Part shown: positions 1-8,455 of the stretch, piece after piece | How the letters are laid out: every line of letters starts with the position of its first letter | How positions within the stretch are numbered: the first letter of the stretch is position 1 | DNA from: a virus | Taxonomy: Duplodnaviria; Caudoviricetes | Direction: 5' to 3' (one strand) | IMG/VR virus record: IMGVR_UViG_3300020441_000003 | Coordinates: 1-64,000 of that record | Length of the DNA stretch: 64,000 nucleotides | Notes under the pieces: model-generated | Databases searched by the model: none | Told to the model about the DNA's origin: nothing | Seen by the model: the letters and a program-made list of their open reading frames with translations, nothing else | Made by a program: the position numbers and the translations under genes

Positions 1-157
1 TACCTTTTTTGTGCAGAATATGACAAGATTGAAACAACTCTTTTTCTTTTCTTGATGCCACACCAATACGAGATAAGGTTTCTCTTATCTTTAAGAAGTC
101 GTCTTTTTCTGGAAATGTAATTTCTACTAGGTCTTTAACTTGTTCGTTATCATCCAT
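1..157 (-). CDS. regA: RegA translational repressor (5' part; runs off window)
   Basis: Manual translation MDDNEQVKDLVEITFPEKDDFLKIRETLSRIGVASRKEKELFQSCHILHKKG; follows gp62 as in T4-like phages. Confidence 0.93.
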   Translation of the reverse strand, partial: MDDNEQVKDLVEITFPEKDDFLKIRETLSRIGVASRKEKELFQSCHILHKKG

Positions 158-554
158 TATTCTTACCACCGGTTTTCATACTATTTTTCAACTCACGGTA
201 TTGTTTGTCATTCAATATTTCTAGATATTCTTTGGCCTTTTGTGTGGATACACCAAAGTAATTCTTCACTGTATCTAATTTCTTACTCTCGTAAGGTTTA
301 TGCCATTTCGAAAATCTCTTTCTTTTTCTAATGGTATTTAGAAAAAAGAGATATTGAAGACGATTATCCATACTATGACGGACATTCATCTCGTTAGTTA
401 AGTAAATAGTATCTTGGTGGTAAGATAAAGATTTATTTACAAGGAATGGTTGATATGATTTTTCTGCGACCTCATCAACCATAAGGTCATTCTTGTCATA
501 AGAAACTGACTTTACAAAATCAAATGGATTTATTTTGTTAGAGTGTTTTGCCAC
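150..554 (-). CDS. gp62: Clamp loader small subunit
   Basis: YQPFLVNKSLS and IRKRKRFSKW motifs; synteny gp45-gp44-gp62-regA. Confidence 0.9.
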   Translation of the reverse strand: MAKHSNKINPFDFVKSVSYDKNDLMVDEVAEKSYQPFLVNKSLSYHQDTIYLTNEMNVRHSMDNRLQYLFFLNTIRKRKRFSKWHKPYESKKLDTVKNYFGVSTQKAKEYLEILNDKQYRELKNSMKTGGKNNG

Positions 555-825
555 TATCTGTCAATGATGCCTCAACTTTATGAACAAGATCATCACCTGA
601 AGCACCCTCAACTAAAACAATTTTAGTGCCATCATGAAGTGTTCTTTCTATTTTACCAGACAGATAATTTATATCGGTTACAGAATGATTTTCTGTATCT
701 TGTGGTCTATTATCATACCACATTGAACTCATACTATGAACTTGAATGCCCATAATATTATCAGCCATTTCTTCTGCCTTTAATAATCTTCTTTGTTGTT
801 CTACTCTATCTTTGTATTGTGTCAT
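538..825 (-). CDS. Hypothetical protein between gp44 and gp62
   Basis: 95-aa ORF overlapping both neighbours; no motif recognised. Confidence 0.6.
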   Translation of the reverse strand: MTQYKDRVEQQRRLLKAEEMADNIMGIQVHSMSSMWYDNRPQDTENHSVTDINYLSGKIERTLHDGTKIVLVEGASGDDLVHKVEASLTDSGKTL

Positions 826-1772
826 TTTGTCTCCTTAAATTTACACTCAGACATAATCTCTGTCAAACATGCAACAAAGTTTATCTCAGCGTCCATAGCA
901 AATGCAGATTTGTATTGATAGTCTGCAATAAACAATACACATGCAGGTATAGATGCTGGTTGTAATCTCTTTTCAAGAGCATTAAACAGTTTTCTATATA
1001 GTGTATTGAAATCGTTATCGGAGTTTTGACCAACCCATTTTCTCATGCCAGACCAGTTTTTTTCTGCAATCATATCAATCAGAGGTGTAAGTTTTTCTTC
1101 CGATAGTGTTGCTAATAAACCACTATCAATTACACCTGAAGCACCATATCTTTGCACTTCATTGATACATCTTCTGAAATCTGGAAAGAACTTCATGATA
1201 AGTTCTACTAGAACTTTTGTATCATACTTAATACCCTCATCATCACAAATCATCATGAGTCTTGCAAGAAATACAGATGCAAGTCTCTCTTTTTCGTTGT
1301 TGGGTATACTAAAATCTATAACAGTGCATCGACTATGTAATGGTGCGATGATTCTGTTTTTGTAATTACAAGTAAATATGAATCTACAGTTTGAAGAGAA
1401 CTCTTCTATAAAGTTTCTTAATGCAGGTTGAACTGACTCAGCAGAAATATAATCTGCCTCATCTAAGATCACCACTTTAGGACCACCTGAAAGTGATACT
1501 GTAGATGCAAAGTTCTTGATTTTTGTTCTGAGTGTATCAATCAATCTTCCTTCATCAGACCCATTGATAACAATGTAGTCTGCACCTAACTCATTACAAA
1601 GTGCTTTTGCTACTGTTGTTTTACCTGTGCCTTGCGAACCACAAAGTAAAAGATTTGGTATCTCTTGATTGTCTACAAATTCTTGAAAAGACTTTTTGAC
1701 ACCAGAAGGAAGTATCGTGTCCTCAATTTTTTGAGGACGATACTTTTCTACGAATAAAAATTCATTACTCAT
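822..1772 (-). CDS. gp44: Clamp loader large subunit (RFC-like AAA+)
   Basis: FVEKYRP, Walker A GSQGTGKT, Walker B ILDEAD, SRC motif; ATG at 1772 preferred over TTG at 1781. Confidence 0.96.
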   Translation of the reverse strand: MSNEFLFVEKYRPQKIEDTILPSGVKKSFQEFVDNQEIPNLLLCGSQGTGKTTVAKALCNELGADYIVINGSDEGRLIDTLRTKIKNFASTVSLSGGPKVVILDEADYISAESVQPALRNFIEEFSSNCRFIFTCNYKNRIIAPLHSRCTVIDFSIPNNEKERLASVFLARLMMICDDEGIKYDTKVLVELIMKFFPDFRRCINEVQRYGASGVIDSGLLATLSEEKLTPLIDMIAEKNWSGMRKWVGQNSDNDFNTLYRKLFNALEKRLQPASIPACVLFIADYQYKSAFAMDAEINFVACLTEIMSECKFKETK

Positions 1773-1883
1773 GATGAACAAACCCCACCGAGTGTTCGTG
1801 TATTAGACCAATGATGAGTTTCTAATACTCCCATGATTGAAGCGGAGACTGGCGCTTTCATCACACTATATCCAGTATATATG
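1773..1883 (-). promoter_or_regulatory. Structured GC-rich intergenic leader of gp44
   Basis: Stems at about 1833-1864, 1800-1828 (8-bp GTATTAGA/TCTAATAC) and 1776-1797 (encloses the GGTGGGG RBS). Confidence 0.5.
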
Positions 1884-2549
1884 TTATACATTATATTTTG
1901 AATCAGGTTCTAGTGCAATAAAATACTCTAAGTCTATATCCTTATTCTTGAAATTAGATATGCCTTTTGAAGATACAAATACTTCATAGTTGCCATCTAA
2001 TATCTTTAAATTCTCAATCTTGAAATTCATGGTGAAACTTACACCATTTCCTTCGCCTACTATTCTAGAGAATGTATTTGAAGTTGTATTCTTTTTATCA
2101 GTGACTACAAGTTTGATATTGGTGCCATCTGATTCTAATATAAGATCATTTACACCCAATACACTGGCAGCTTTCTGTAATTCATTCAATAGAGTTGAAG
2201 ATAAATCAATCTTAATCTCTGCATCAGGCATTGTAATCATCTTATCTGGTGATGTGACCATGCCCTCACTTGCATAGAAGTAAGTCATTGATGTATCTGT
2301 ATCTGATATTGATAATGAACTATCGTTGAAGTTGAAATCTGGATTATCTAACAGTGATACTGCACCCAAGAATTCAACTAAGTTGTATATACTAAACTCT
2401 TGGCCAAATGTTTCTGGAACATTTGCAGTCGCCAAGATATTTTTCATATTCGAGATTGTCTGCAACTGATTGCCAGCGCCGACTTTGATACCCGAATTAA
2501 TCGTTGCGAAGTTTTTTAAAATACTTCTTGTTTCTTCACTAATTTTCAT
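1884..2549 (-). CDS. gp45: Sliding clamp
   Basis: MKISEETRSILKNFATIN N-terminus, YFIALEPDS C-terminus; synteny. Confidence 0.95.
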   Translation of the reverse strand: MKISEETRSILKNFATINSGIKVGAGNQLQTISNMKNILATANVPETFGQEFSIYNLVEFLGAVSLLDNPDFNFNDSSLSISDTDTSMTYFYASEGMVTSPDKMITMPDAEIKIDLSSTLLNELQKAASVLGVNDLILESDGTNIKLVVTDKKNTTSNTFSRIVGEGNGVSFTMNFKIENLKILDGNYEVFVSSKGISNFKNKDIDLEYFIALEPDSKYNV

Positions 2550-2833
2550 AAGTCTCCTTTGTTGTCGTGAACATATAACATAAACAAGGCATAGTGCAAA
2601 ACTTTTAACAAGTCTGCTCTATTCTTGCCACCTTTCTTTCCGTATCGTTGTGCATATTTCATAATATTGCCGATACAAAATCCTTCTCCATGACCAGAGT
2701 CAATAATAAACTCTGTCGATTGGTATTTGTTGAGTGAATAATGTTGATCGTAAGTGTTATCAATATACGAAGAAAACTCCTTGAGGAGTTTATCTTCTTC
2801 GTATTTGTAATCAATTTTACTCATCGGATTCAT
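2546..2833 (-). CDS. DUF3310-like conserved phage protein
   Basis: HY...GFCIGNIMKYAQRYGKK...DLLKVLHY pattern. Confidence 0.65.
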   Translation of the reverse strand: MNPMSKIDYKYEEDKLLKEFSSYIDNTYDQHYSLNKYQSTEFIIDSGHGEGFCIGNIMKYAQRYGKKGGKNRADLLKVLHYALFMLYVHDNKGDL

Positions 2834-4055
2834 TATACTCTGAATTCTCTGATTCGTCTAGTGGATTTTCATCTGCATTGAGATCAACACCCTCATCGAC
2901 TTTGGTGTAAAGGTCAAGAACTGCATTTCTTGTTTCTTCATCGAATCTTGAAATACACATTGTTATTGACTTTAGTTTGTCACCAAACATTCTAAATGCA
3001 TTCACAATGTGAACAAGTCTTCTTGTTGTTATTACATCATCGATTGCACCCTCGTAATAAGTTTTTCTGATTATGTCTGCCCAATCAACTAACTTTGTGC
3101 AGAACTCTTCATCAACAGGACCTGTCAACGCCATTTCTTTTTTCAGAATACTTCTTTCAGTAGTCACTGGCGGATATTCTTGTTGCATTGTAATCGCAAA
3201 TCTTTCTAACATCGCTTCGTTCATGATTTGAGTCCCTATGAACTTACCATCTTCTGAACCTTGACCTTTTGTATTTGCAGTTGCAAGAATTGTAAAACCA
3301 TCAGCAGGTTTGACCCACTCACCAGTTTTCTTAATTAAATAACCTTTGCCTTCAAGAACTGATTGCAAACACATAAGTTTGTTAGAACCTAAATCAACTT
3401 CATCTAAAAGAAGAACAGCACCTTTTCTCATCGCTTTGATAACAGGACCCTCTCTAAAGATAATGTTGCCATTTTGTAAAGTATGACCACCCATTAGATC
3501 ATCTTCATCAGTCTCAATTGTAATATTAACTCTATAAAGTTCTCTCTTCAATTGAGCACACACTTGTTCAATCATTAATGTTTTACCATTACCTGATAAA
3601 CCTGTCACAAAAACAGGAAAGAATATCTTAGACTTGATAATACCTTTGACATCTTTGAAATGACCGAAAGGAACATAGTTAGACATTTTCTCAGGAACAA
3701 TCTTGATATTATCATCAATCAAATTCACTGCCTGTGTTTGAGCCGCAACTGGCATATTTGAAACAGCAGGTGCAGGTGCAACAGGAACAGGCACAGGTTG
3801 TGGCACTGTCTTTGTATTGTCAACTGCTAATAACGGTTGAAGATTGAAGATCGAACCTTGTTTAAAGTTGTATCTTGTAGATTTCAACCAGTATGGAAAA
3901 TACCCTGTTTCGTCAATCATCTCTTTTGTAAAAGATGTCTCGTTAGGATATTTCTTCGTAAGAGCAGACAAAAACTCTTGTCTGTCTGGCGTCAGGTGGA
4001 ATTTTTTGCCGTCCACATTGACAGAATCGGCAGGATTATAGCTCCATTTACTCAT
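2817..4055 (-). CDS. MoxR/CobS-like AAA+ ATPase
   Basis: Walker A GLSGNGKT, Walker B LLLDEVD, ATANTKG, ERF and TRRL motifs. Confidence 0.88.
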   Translation of the reverse strand: MSKWSYNPADSVNVDGKKFHLTPDRQEFLSALTKKYPNETSFTKEMIDETGYFPYWLKSTRYNFKQGSIFNLQPLLAVDNTKTVPQPVPVPVAPAPAVSNMPVAAQTQAVNLIDDNIKIVPEKMSNYVPFGHFKDVKGIIKSKIFFPVFVTGLSGNGKTLMIEQVCAQLKRELYRVNITIETDEDDLMGGHTLQNGNIIFREGPVIKAMRKGAVLLLDEVDLGSNKLMCLQSVLEGKGYLIKKTGEWVKPADGFTILATANTKGQGSEDGKFIGTQIMNEAMLERFAITMQQEYPPVTTERSILKKEMALTGPVDEEFCTKLVDWADIIRKTYYEGAIDDVITTRRLVHIVNAFRMFGDKLKSITMCISRFDEETRNAVLDLYTKVDEGVDLNADENPLDESENSEYNESDE

Positions 4056-4095
4056 ATAGTCTCCTTGTTTAATAGTAAATTTCTCATCAGTTAGT

Positions 4096-4125
4096 ATGGT
4101 AACAAAAAGTGCTAGTCATTGTCAA
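4096..4125 (-). promoter_or_regulatory. Sigma70-type early promoter
   Basis: TTGACA-N18-TACCAT with CACTTTTT in the spacer. Confidence 0.75.
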
Positions 4126-4130
4126 CCATC

Positions 4131-4364
4131 TTATTCAATATCTTTCAATAATCTTTGCATGTCAACTTGTATAGAAGTCTTCTTGCCTTTTCTTTTAGTC
4201 CAATAACTATCATTATTGACCCAATATCTAAATGCCTTGCATTCAACTTTTTCTTCAGCGCAAACCGATTGTCTGTCGCAGTCGAACTTCACACAAGGTC
4301 CTTTACCAATGACAACCATAGCGTCATTGAATTTTTCTACATTAATCGAATCTATTATTTCCAT
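4131..4364 (-). CDS. Hypothetical Cys-containing protein
   Basis: 77-aa ORF coupled to the upstream VWA gene; four Cys. Confidence 0.6.
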   Translation of the reverse strand: MEIIDSINVEKFNDAMVVIGKGPCVKFDCDRQSVCAEEKVECKAFRYWVNNDSYWTKRKGKKTSIQVDMQRLLKDIE

Positions 4365-6691
4365 TATGCAATCTCCTTTATAAATTCATTTGTTAAGAAT
4401 CTAGATGTTAATTTACCTTTCTGATTTCTTTTGAAAGCGGCCATCACTCTAGATTTTTTTGCACCCACAAGATCATCATCTAATTCATCATCACCTGAGG
4501 CACCTAGGTTTGAAGCAGTTGTCAAGAATAGTCTGTTATAACCTTTGACATCAATTACACAACCTGTCTTCTTCATATCTTTCCACATTTGGTCTCTCTC
4601 CATCCAGTCTGAGTCTGGCAAAATATCTGCCATTGCTGATGTGTATTCTTGTTTCTTACTGAATACAAAATAACCTGTCACTGTGACATTACAAGTATCT
4701 GATAACCACTCTAAAAGATTTTGTGTCAACTCAAAGTCATTGTATGAATATCTACTAGCTTTTGTATCATAAGGATAAACTTTGTTTGAATATGGGTCAA
4801 GAATATATCTGTTGACTATCTCTCTCCAAGAATCATCTGTTTGTGATCTTCTATCTTCATTCTCTTCTTCTGTCTCTCTGAGATAATCTGAACCGTGAGA
4901 ATAACCATCTGTAATCACTGTCAAGATTGATTTTTCTATATTATATTTTTTGTTGAACTCTGGTAAAAACTTTCTTAAACCTACTAATGTATGATTAAGT
5001 GGTGTGCCACCCAATCTGTAAGTATGTGGTCTATGAGGACCTCTGAAACCCTCTTCATATCTTAGATTCCATGAGTTCTCATCTGTAATCTCAATGTCGA
5101 ATATTCTCAAATAGTCTTGTCTTCTTTGTTCTTGTTTTCTTGCATAAGAATAATATACATCATCGTGTAATCTAGCCAACATCATCAGTGCCATATTGTT
5201 TAACATCTCTGTATATTGTCTACTGTTCATTTCACTTGATAAGAACTCAACGAGTCTGCCATCTCTAGAAGAATAATCATATGCATCTTTTGTCTCAATT
5301 TGGTCTGAGAATGCATACACTCTGAATGGTATTTGAACAAGTCTACAGAACTCTGCAAGAATTATTGATTGTTCTATTAAGTCTTCTAATTCATAAGCAA
5401 TAGAACCAGACCAGTCAAGTAAGACATTCACACCGTGATTCTTACCATCAGGAATATAAGTGACTCTCTTAAATATATCATCTACTATCTGATACTTTGC
5501 AAGTCTATTCATGTCAAGATCACCAGACTTACCTGTATATGCCTTTAAACTTCTCATTGCAGTTTGTCTCATCTCAAACTCTTTAGCCATGTGAGATACA
5601 ATCTTTTTGTTTTTCTTCTGAATATATTTTCTATAAGTCTCACCTTTTCTCATTAAAGTTTGACAAGTATCTGCATCTGCTCTAAATTCTCTCCAGTCTT
5701 TTAATACTTTGTCATAACTATAAAGAATATTATCAACAGGATGTTTTGCAAATTTCTTTTTTAAATCAATAAATGTTTTGATAACTGCATTCTCATCAAC
5801 AAACATATCTTCGTTGTTGTGTGCATAGTGTTCTGTTAGTGCCTCTCTAGCACCATCTTCATCATCGTGAAAAACCTCTTGTTCACAATCATTACCACCT
5901 TTTTTACCTGTTTCTCTAATTTCAGTTTCTTCTTCTTTTTCTTCTTCATCTGATTCATCAGAACTACTATCAGAACCTACTTCTTCTTCATCCTCATCAT
6001 CTTCATCAGAATCTTGTCCAGAATTGTAAGAGTTTGATTCTTGTTCTTCTTCTTCAAAGTCTTCATCTTCATCAGTCTCGAAATCAGATATTTGTTGTGT
6101 GACAACTTCTTCGTCTTCTTTATCTCTTGATTCATTATCTTTACTCCAGTTGTATATTGCTTCTGATACTTCAACAACATCTTCCCATGTTTTGCAATTT
6201 TCTGCTTTCTTTAACCACTCTGCCTCTTCTTCATTTAAGTCTATAGAAACTAAAGAACCACATTTAGTGATTAAATTAATTTTATCAATCAGTGCAAGTG
6301 ATTGTAAATCTCTGTCTTTTAAATTAAAGAAATCTCTTTCCATCAATTCGCCATATGCTTTGAAGAAAGATTTTCTTAGACCTGCATATTTGTTTCTGAT
6401 ACCTTTTTCTATTCTAACATCTTCAATAACATTAAGATATCCTTTAAGTGTTTTGTTTTTCTTTAGTGTTGAGTGTAAACCCTCATAAGGTGTATACAAT
6501 GCATGACCAACTTCGTGACCCATGAATAGATCGTAAAGTTCATTTGACATCTCATCTTTGAATGTAGGACATGCTAAGATTCTATTCTTAACATCAAAGT
6601 ATGCAGTTGGTATTTTCTTATGAACAACAGTAATATTCTCTGTCGCCATAAGTTTTGCTAAGTTAGATTTTTGTTGTTTAATATTTGTCAT
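4364..6691 (-). CDS. Metallopeptidase-like/VWA (CobT-like) protein, probable MoxR partner
   Basis: HEVGH (HExxH), acidic linker, MIDAS-like DWSGS and TDG. Confidence 0.8.
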   Translation of the reverse strand: MTNIKQQKSNLAKLMATENITVVHKKIPTAYFDVKNRILACPTFKDEMSNELYDLFMGHEVGHALYTPYEGLHSTLKKNKTLKGYLNVIEDVRIEKGIRNKYAGLRKSFFKAYGELMERDFFNLKDRDLQSLALIDKINLITKCGSLVSIDLNEEEAEWLKKAENCKTWEDVVEVSEAIYNWSKDNESRDKEDEEVVTQQISDFETDEDEDFEEEEQESNSYNSGQDSDEDDEDEEEVGSDSSSDESDEEEKEEETEIRETGKKGGNDCEQEVFHDDEDGAREALTEHYAHNNEDMFVDENAVIKTFIDLKKKFAKHPVDNILYSYDKVLKDWREFRADADTCQTLMRKGETYRKYIQKKNKKIVSHMAKEFEMRQTAMRSLKAYTGKSGDLDMNRLAKYQIVDDIFKRVTYIPDGKNHGVNVLLDWSGSIAYELEDLIEQSIILAEFCRLVQIPFRVYAFSDQIETKDAYDYSSRDGRLVEFLSSEMNSRQYTEMLNNMALMMLARLHDDVYYSYARKQEQRRQDYLRIFDIEITDENSWNLRYEEGFRGPHRPHTYRLGGTPLNHTLVGLRKFLPEFNKKYNIEKSILTVITDGYSHGSDYLRETEEENEDRRSQTDDSWREIVNRYILDPYSNKVYPYDTKASRYSYNDFELTQNLLEWLSDTCNVTVTGYFVFSKKQEYTSAMADILPDSDWMERDQMWKDMKKTGCVIDVKGYNRLFLTTASNLGASGDDELDDDLVGAKKSRVMAAFKRNQKGKLTSRFLTNEFIKEIA

Positions 6692-6697
6692 GTGTAT

Positions 6698-6727
6698 ATC
6701 CTACTAAAAAGTGTTGGTCATTGTCAA
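6698..6727 (-). promoter_or_regulatory. Sigma70-type early promoter, likely leaderless transcript
   Basis: TTGACA-N18-TAGGAT, CACTTTTT in spacer, ATG 6 nt downstream of the -10 box. Confidence 0.72.
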
Positions 6728-6729
6728 GC

Positions 6730-6927
6730 TCACTGACAAAGAGCTTCAAACCTTAATTCGATAAGTGCATCTATCTGTTCATCATCGTCTTTACTATAAG
6801 GCACTTTATCATTACCAAATTCTTCTGCTATTGCATCGATAACTCCCCATACACCTTTGTCATTGTATAGTTCACATACATCATCTGCAATGTTTTCTAT
6901 AATTACATCGTTTACTAAATTACTCAT
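6730..6927 (-). CDS. Hypothetical acidic protein
   Basis: 65-aa ORF, GGAG RBS, overlaps the upstream stop. Confidence 0.65.
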   Translation of the reverse strand: MSNLVNDVIIENIADDVCELYNDKGVWGVIDAIAEEFGNDKVPYSKDDDEQIDALIELRFEALCQ

Positions 6928-7229
6928 TTTTTCTCCTTAATTTCTTTGATTGCTTCTTTTATCCAGTCTATTAGTTGACCTTTCATACTAAAACAGTTAA
7001 AACCACCTGGCGCTTCTAATGAAAGACCAAATTTATCTACACATACTTTGTAGTATTTTGGACCATCTATTAGATCGAAACCGTCTTTACCTTGAATCCA
7101 GTAAAACCATGGTTTGCCTCTAACTGGTACTAGTTTAAGACCAACATTGTTCTTTAAAAATTTTATTACTTTATCCTCGTCTAGAGGTTTTTTGTTTTCG
7201 TTTGAAAGTTGTATTATCTCGTAATTCAT
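6924..7229 (-). CDS. Hypothetical protein
   Basis: 101-aa ORF with AGGAG RBS downstream of an early promoter. Confidence 0.7.
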   Translation of the reverse strand: MNYEIIQLSNENKKPLDEDKVIKFLKNNVGLKLVPVRGKPWFYWIQGKDGFDLIDGPKYYKVCVDKFGLSLEAPGGFNCFSMKGQLIDWIKEAIKEIKEKK

Positions 7230-7255
7230 TTAGTCTCCTTTTTTATTACAAGTGT

Positions 7256-7285
7256 ATGGTAACAAAAAGTGAGACCTACTGTCAA
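7256..7285 (-). promoter_or_regulatory. Sigma70-type early promoter
   Basis: TTGACA-N18-TACCAT with CACTTTTT in the spacer. Confidence 0.75.
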
Positions 7286-7289
7286 GCTT

Positions 7290-7925
7290 TTAGAGTGATA
7301 ATCTCCAAGAATCTTCGTCTAAAGATAGGTCTGGAACAGGATTGATAGGCATACACCTCTCAATATCTGTTGTAAACCAATAGGAAATGGTGTGTCGTGG
7401 ATGTCTTCTGACTTTTTCTACACCATGTGGTATGTAAATACCTTGAAATAATAGTCCTGAACCTGTTTCTGGTTCGTAAACTTCGCCGTCTGGCACATAT
7501 GTTCTGCCACCTTTGTAGTTATCGTTGAGATATAATATACAAGTCCACTCTCTTGATGGTTTATCAGGACTTGTTTCATGTTTCATTTCTTGATTTGAAT
7601 ATGTATCTAGATGTGGGTGTTGAATACCGCCGATAGGCCATTCATTTATTGCAATCATTTCTGGATAAACGATTTGATCTGATGTTTTTCTAATTTCGCC
7701 TACGAGATTGACTATTGTTTCAGCGATATACATTCTCAACCAAACAGATTGTATATGCATAAAACGAATACCAGTGTAATCGGAACCGTCTCCTACGCCA
7801 GTTAGGTGTCTATGTGTCTTGTGAAACCGAATTATCTCCTGACACCTCTCCTGTGTCATTAGATTTTTCAGCATCTTTGGCTTGTAGGGACTGGAAATGT
7901 CTTGCGAGTGCAACTCTTTGTTCAT
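7290..7925 (-). CDS. 2OG-Fe(II) oxygenase, prolyl-hydroxylase-like
   Basis: HLD (HxD), LYLNDNYKGG, HGV...R; start uncertain (7925, 7874 or 7859), overlapping def in every case. Confidence 0.85.
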   Translation of the reverse strand: MNKELHSQDISSPYKPKMLKNLMTQERCQEIIRFHKTHRHLTGVGDGSDYTGIRFMHIQSVWLRMYIAETIVNLVGEIRKTSDQIVYPEMIAINEWPIGGIQHPHLDTYSNQEMKHETSPDKPSREWTCILYLNDNYKGGRTYVPDGEVYEPETGSGLLFQGIYIPHGVEKVRRHPRHTISYWFTTDIERCMPINPVPDLSLDEDSWRLSL

Positions 7926-8442
7926 AATCTAGTCTTTTCTTTCTCTCTTTTTTTCTTGCTTTTAAAGCTCTTTCAATTTTAAGTCTTGATGCTCTTTGTA
8001 AGAATATTATACCATTCAAATGATCTATTTCATGTTGAACACATCTAGCGCCTAGACCCTCTAACATGATTTGATGTTCTTTACCATCTGCATCTTGATA
8101 TTTAAGTTCAACAGTTTTTGACCTTTGAATTGATAGATACATATCAGGAAAAGACAAACAACCCTCTTTCATTAAATCAGTTTCTTGTGACACTCTAGTT
8201 AATTCAGGATTAAAGTATGGTTCTACTGTTGCCTCTTCATCACCCTCTCTCATTGTTCTCATAACAAACATTCTATAAGGTAAACCACATTGATTTGCAG
8301 ATAGACCTAGACCACCAAACTTTTCCATAGTCTCTGCCATTTTACTAGCAATTTCTTTTGGGTCTTCTGGTGGATTATCAAAGTCAAATGCTGGAGGTGG
8401 TTCTCTTAATACTTTACTTGCTTCTTCTACTAAACTATACAT
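7810..8442 (-). CDS. def: Peptide deformylase
   Basis: GLGLSANQCG, EGCLS, QHEIDHLNG. Confidence 0.95.
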   Translation of the reverse strand: MYSLVEEASKVLREPPPAFDFDNPPEDPKEIASKMAETMEKFGGLGLSANQCGLPYRMFVMRTMREGDEEATVEPYFNPELTRVSQETDLMKEGCLSFPDMYLSIQRSKTVELKYQDADGKEHQIMLEGLGARCVQHEIDHLNGIIFLQRASRLKIERALKARKKERKKRLDYEQRVALARHFQSLQAKDAEKSNDTGEVSGDNSVSQDT

Positions 8443-8447
8443 ATTTT

Positions 8448-8455
8448 TATTTATG
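8448..8455 (-). promoter_or_regulatory. T4-type late promoter (def)
   Basis: CATAAATA-N5-ATG. Confidence 0.65.

Noticed and set aside
1769-1883. Hammerhead ribozyme or SAM-V riboswitch
   Set aside because: The CUGAUGA/GAAA core and the SAM-V consensus are not present on either strand by eye; kept only as an unclassified structured leader.
2817-6691. Cobalamin biosynthesis genes cobS/cobT
   Set aside because: Only generic MoxR and VWA motifs; no cobN or other cobalamin genes nearby.
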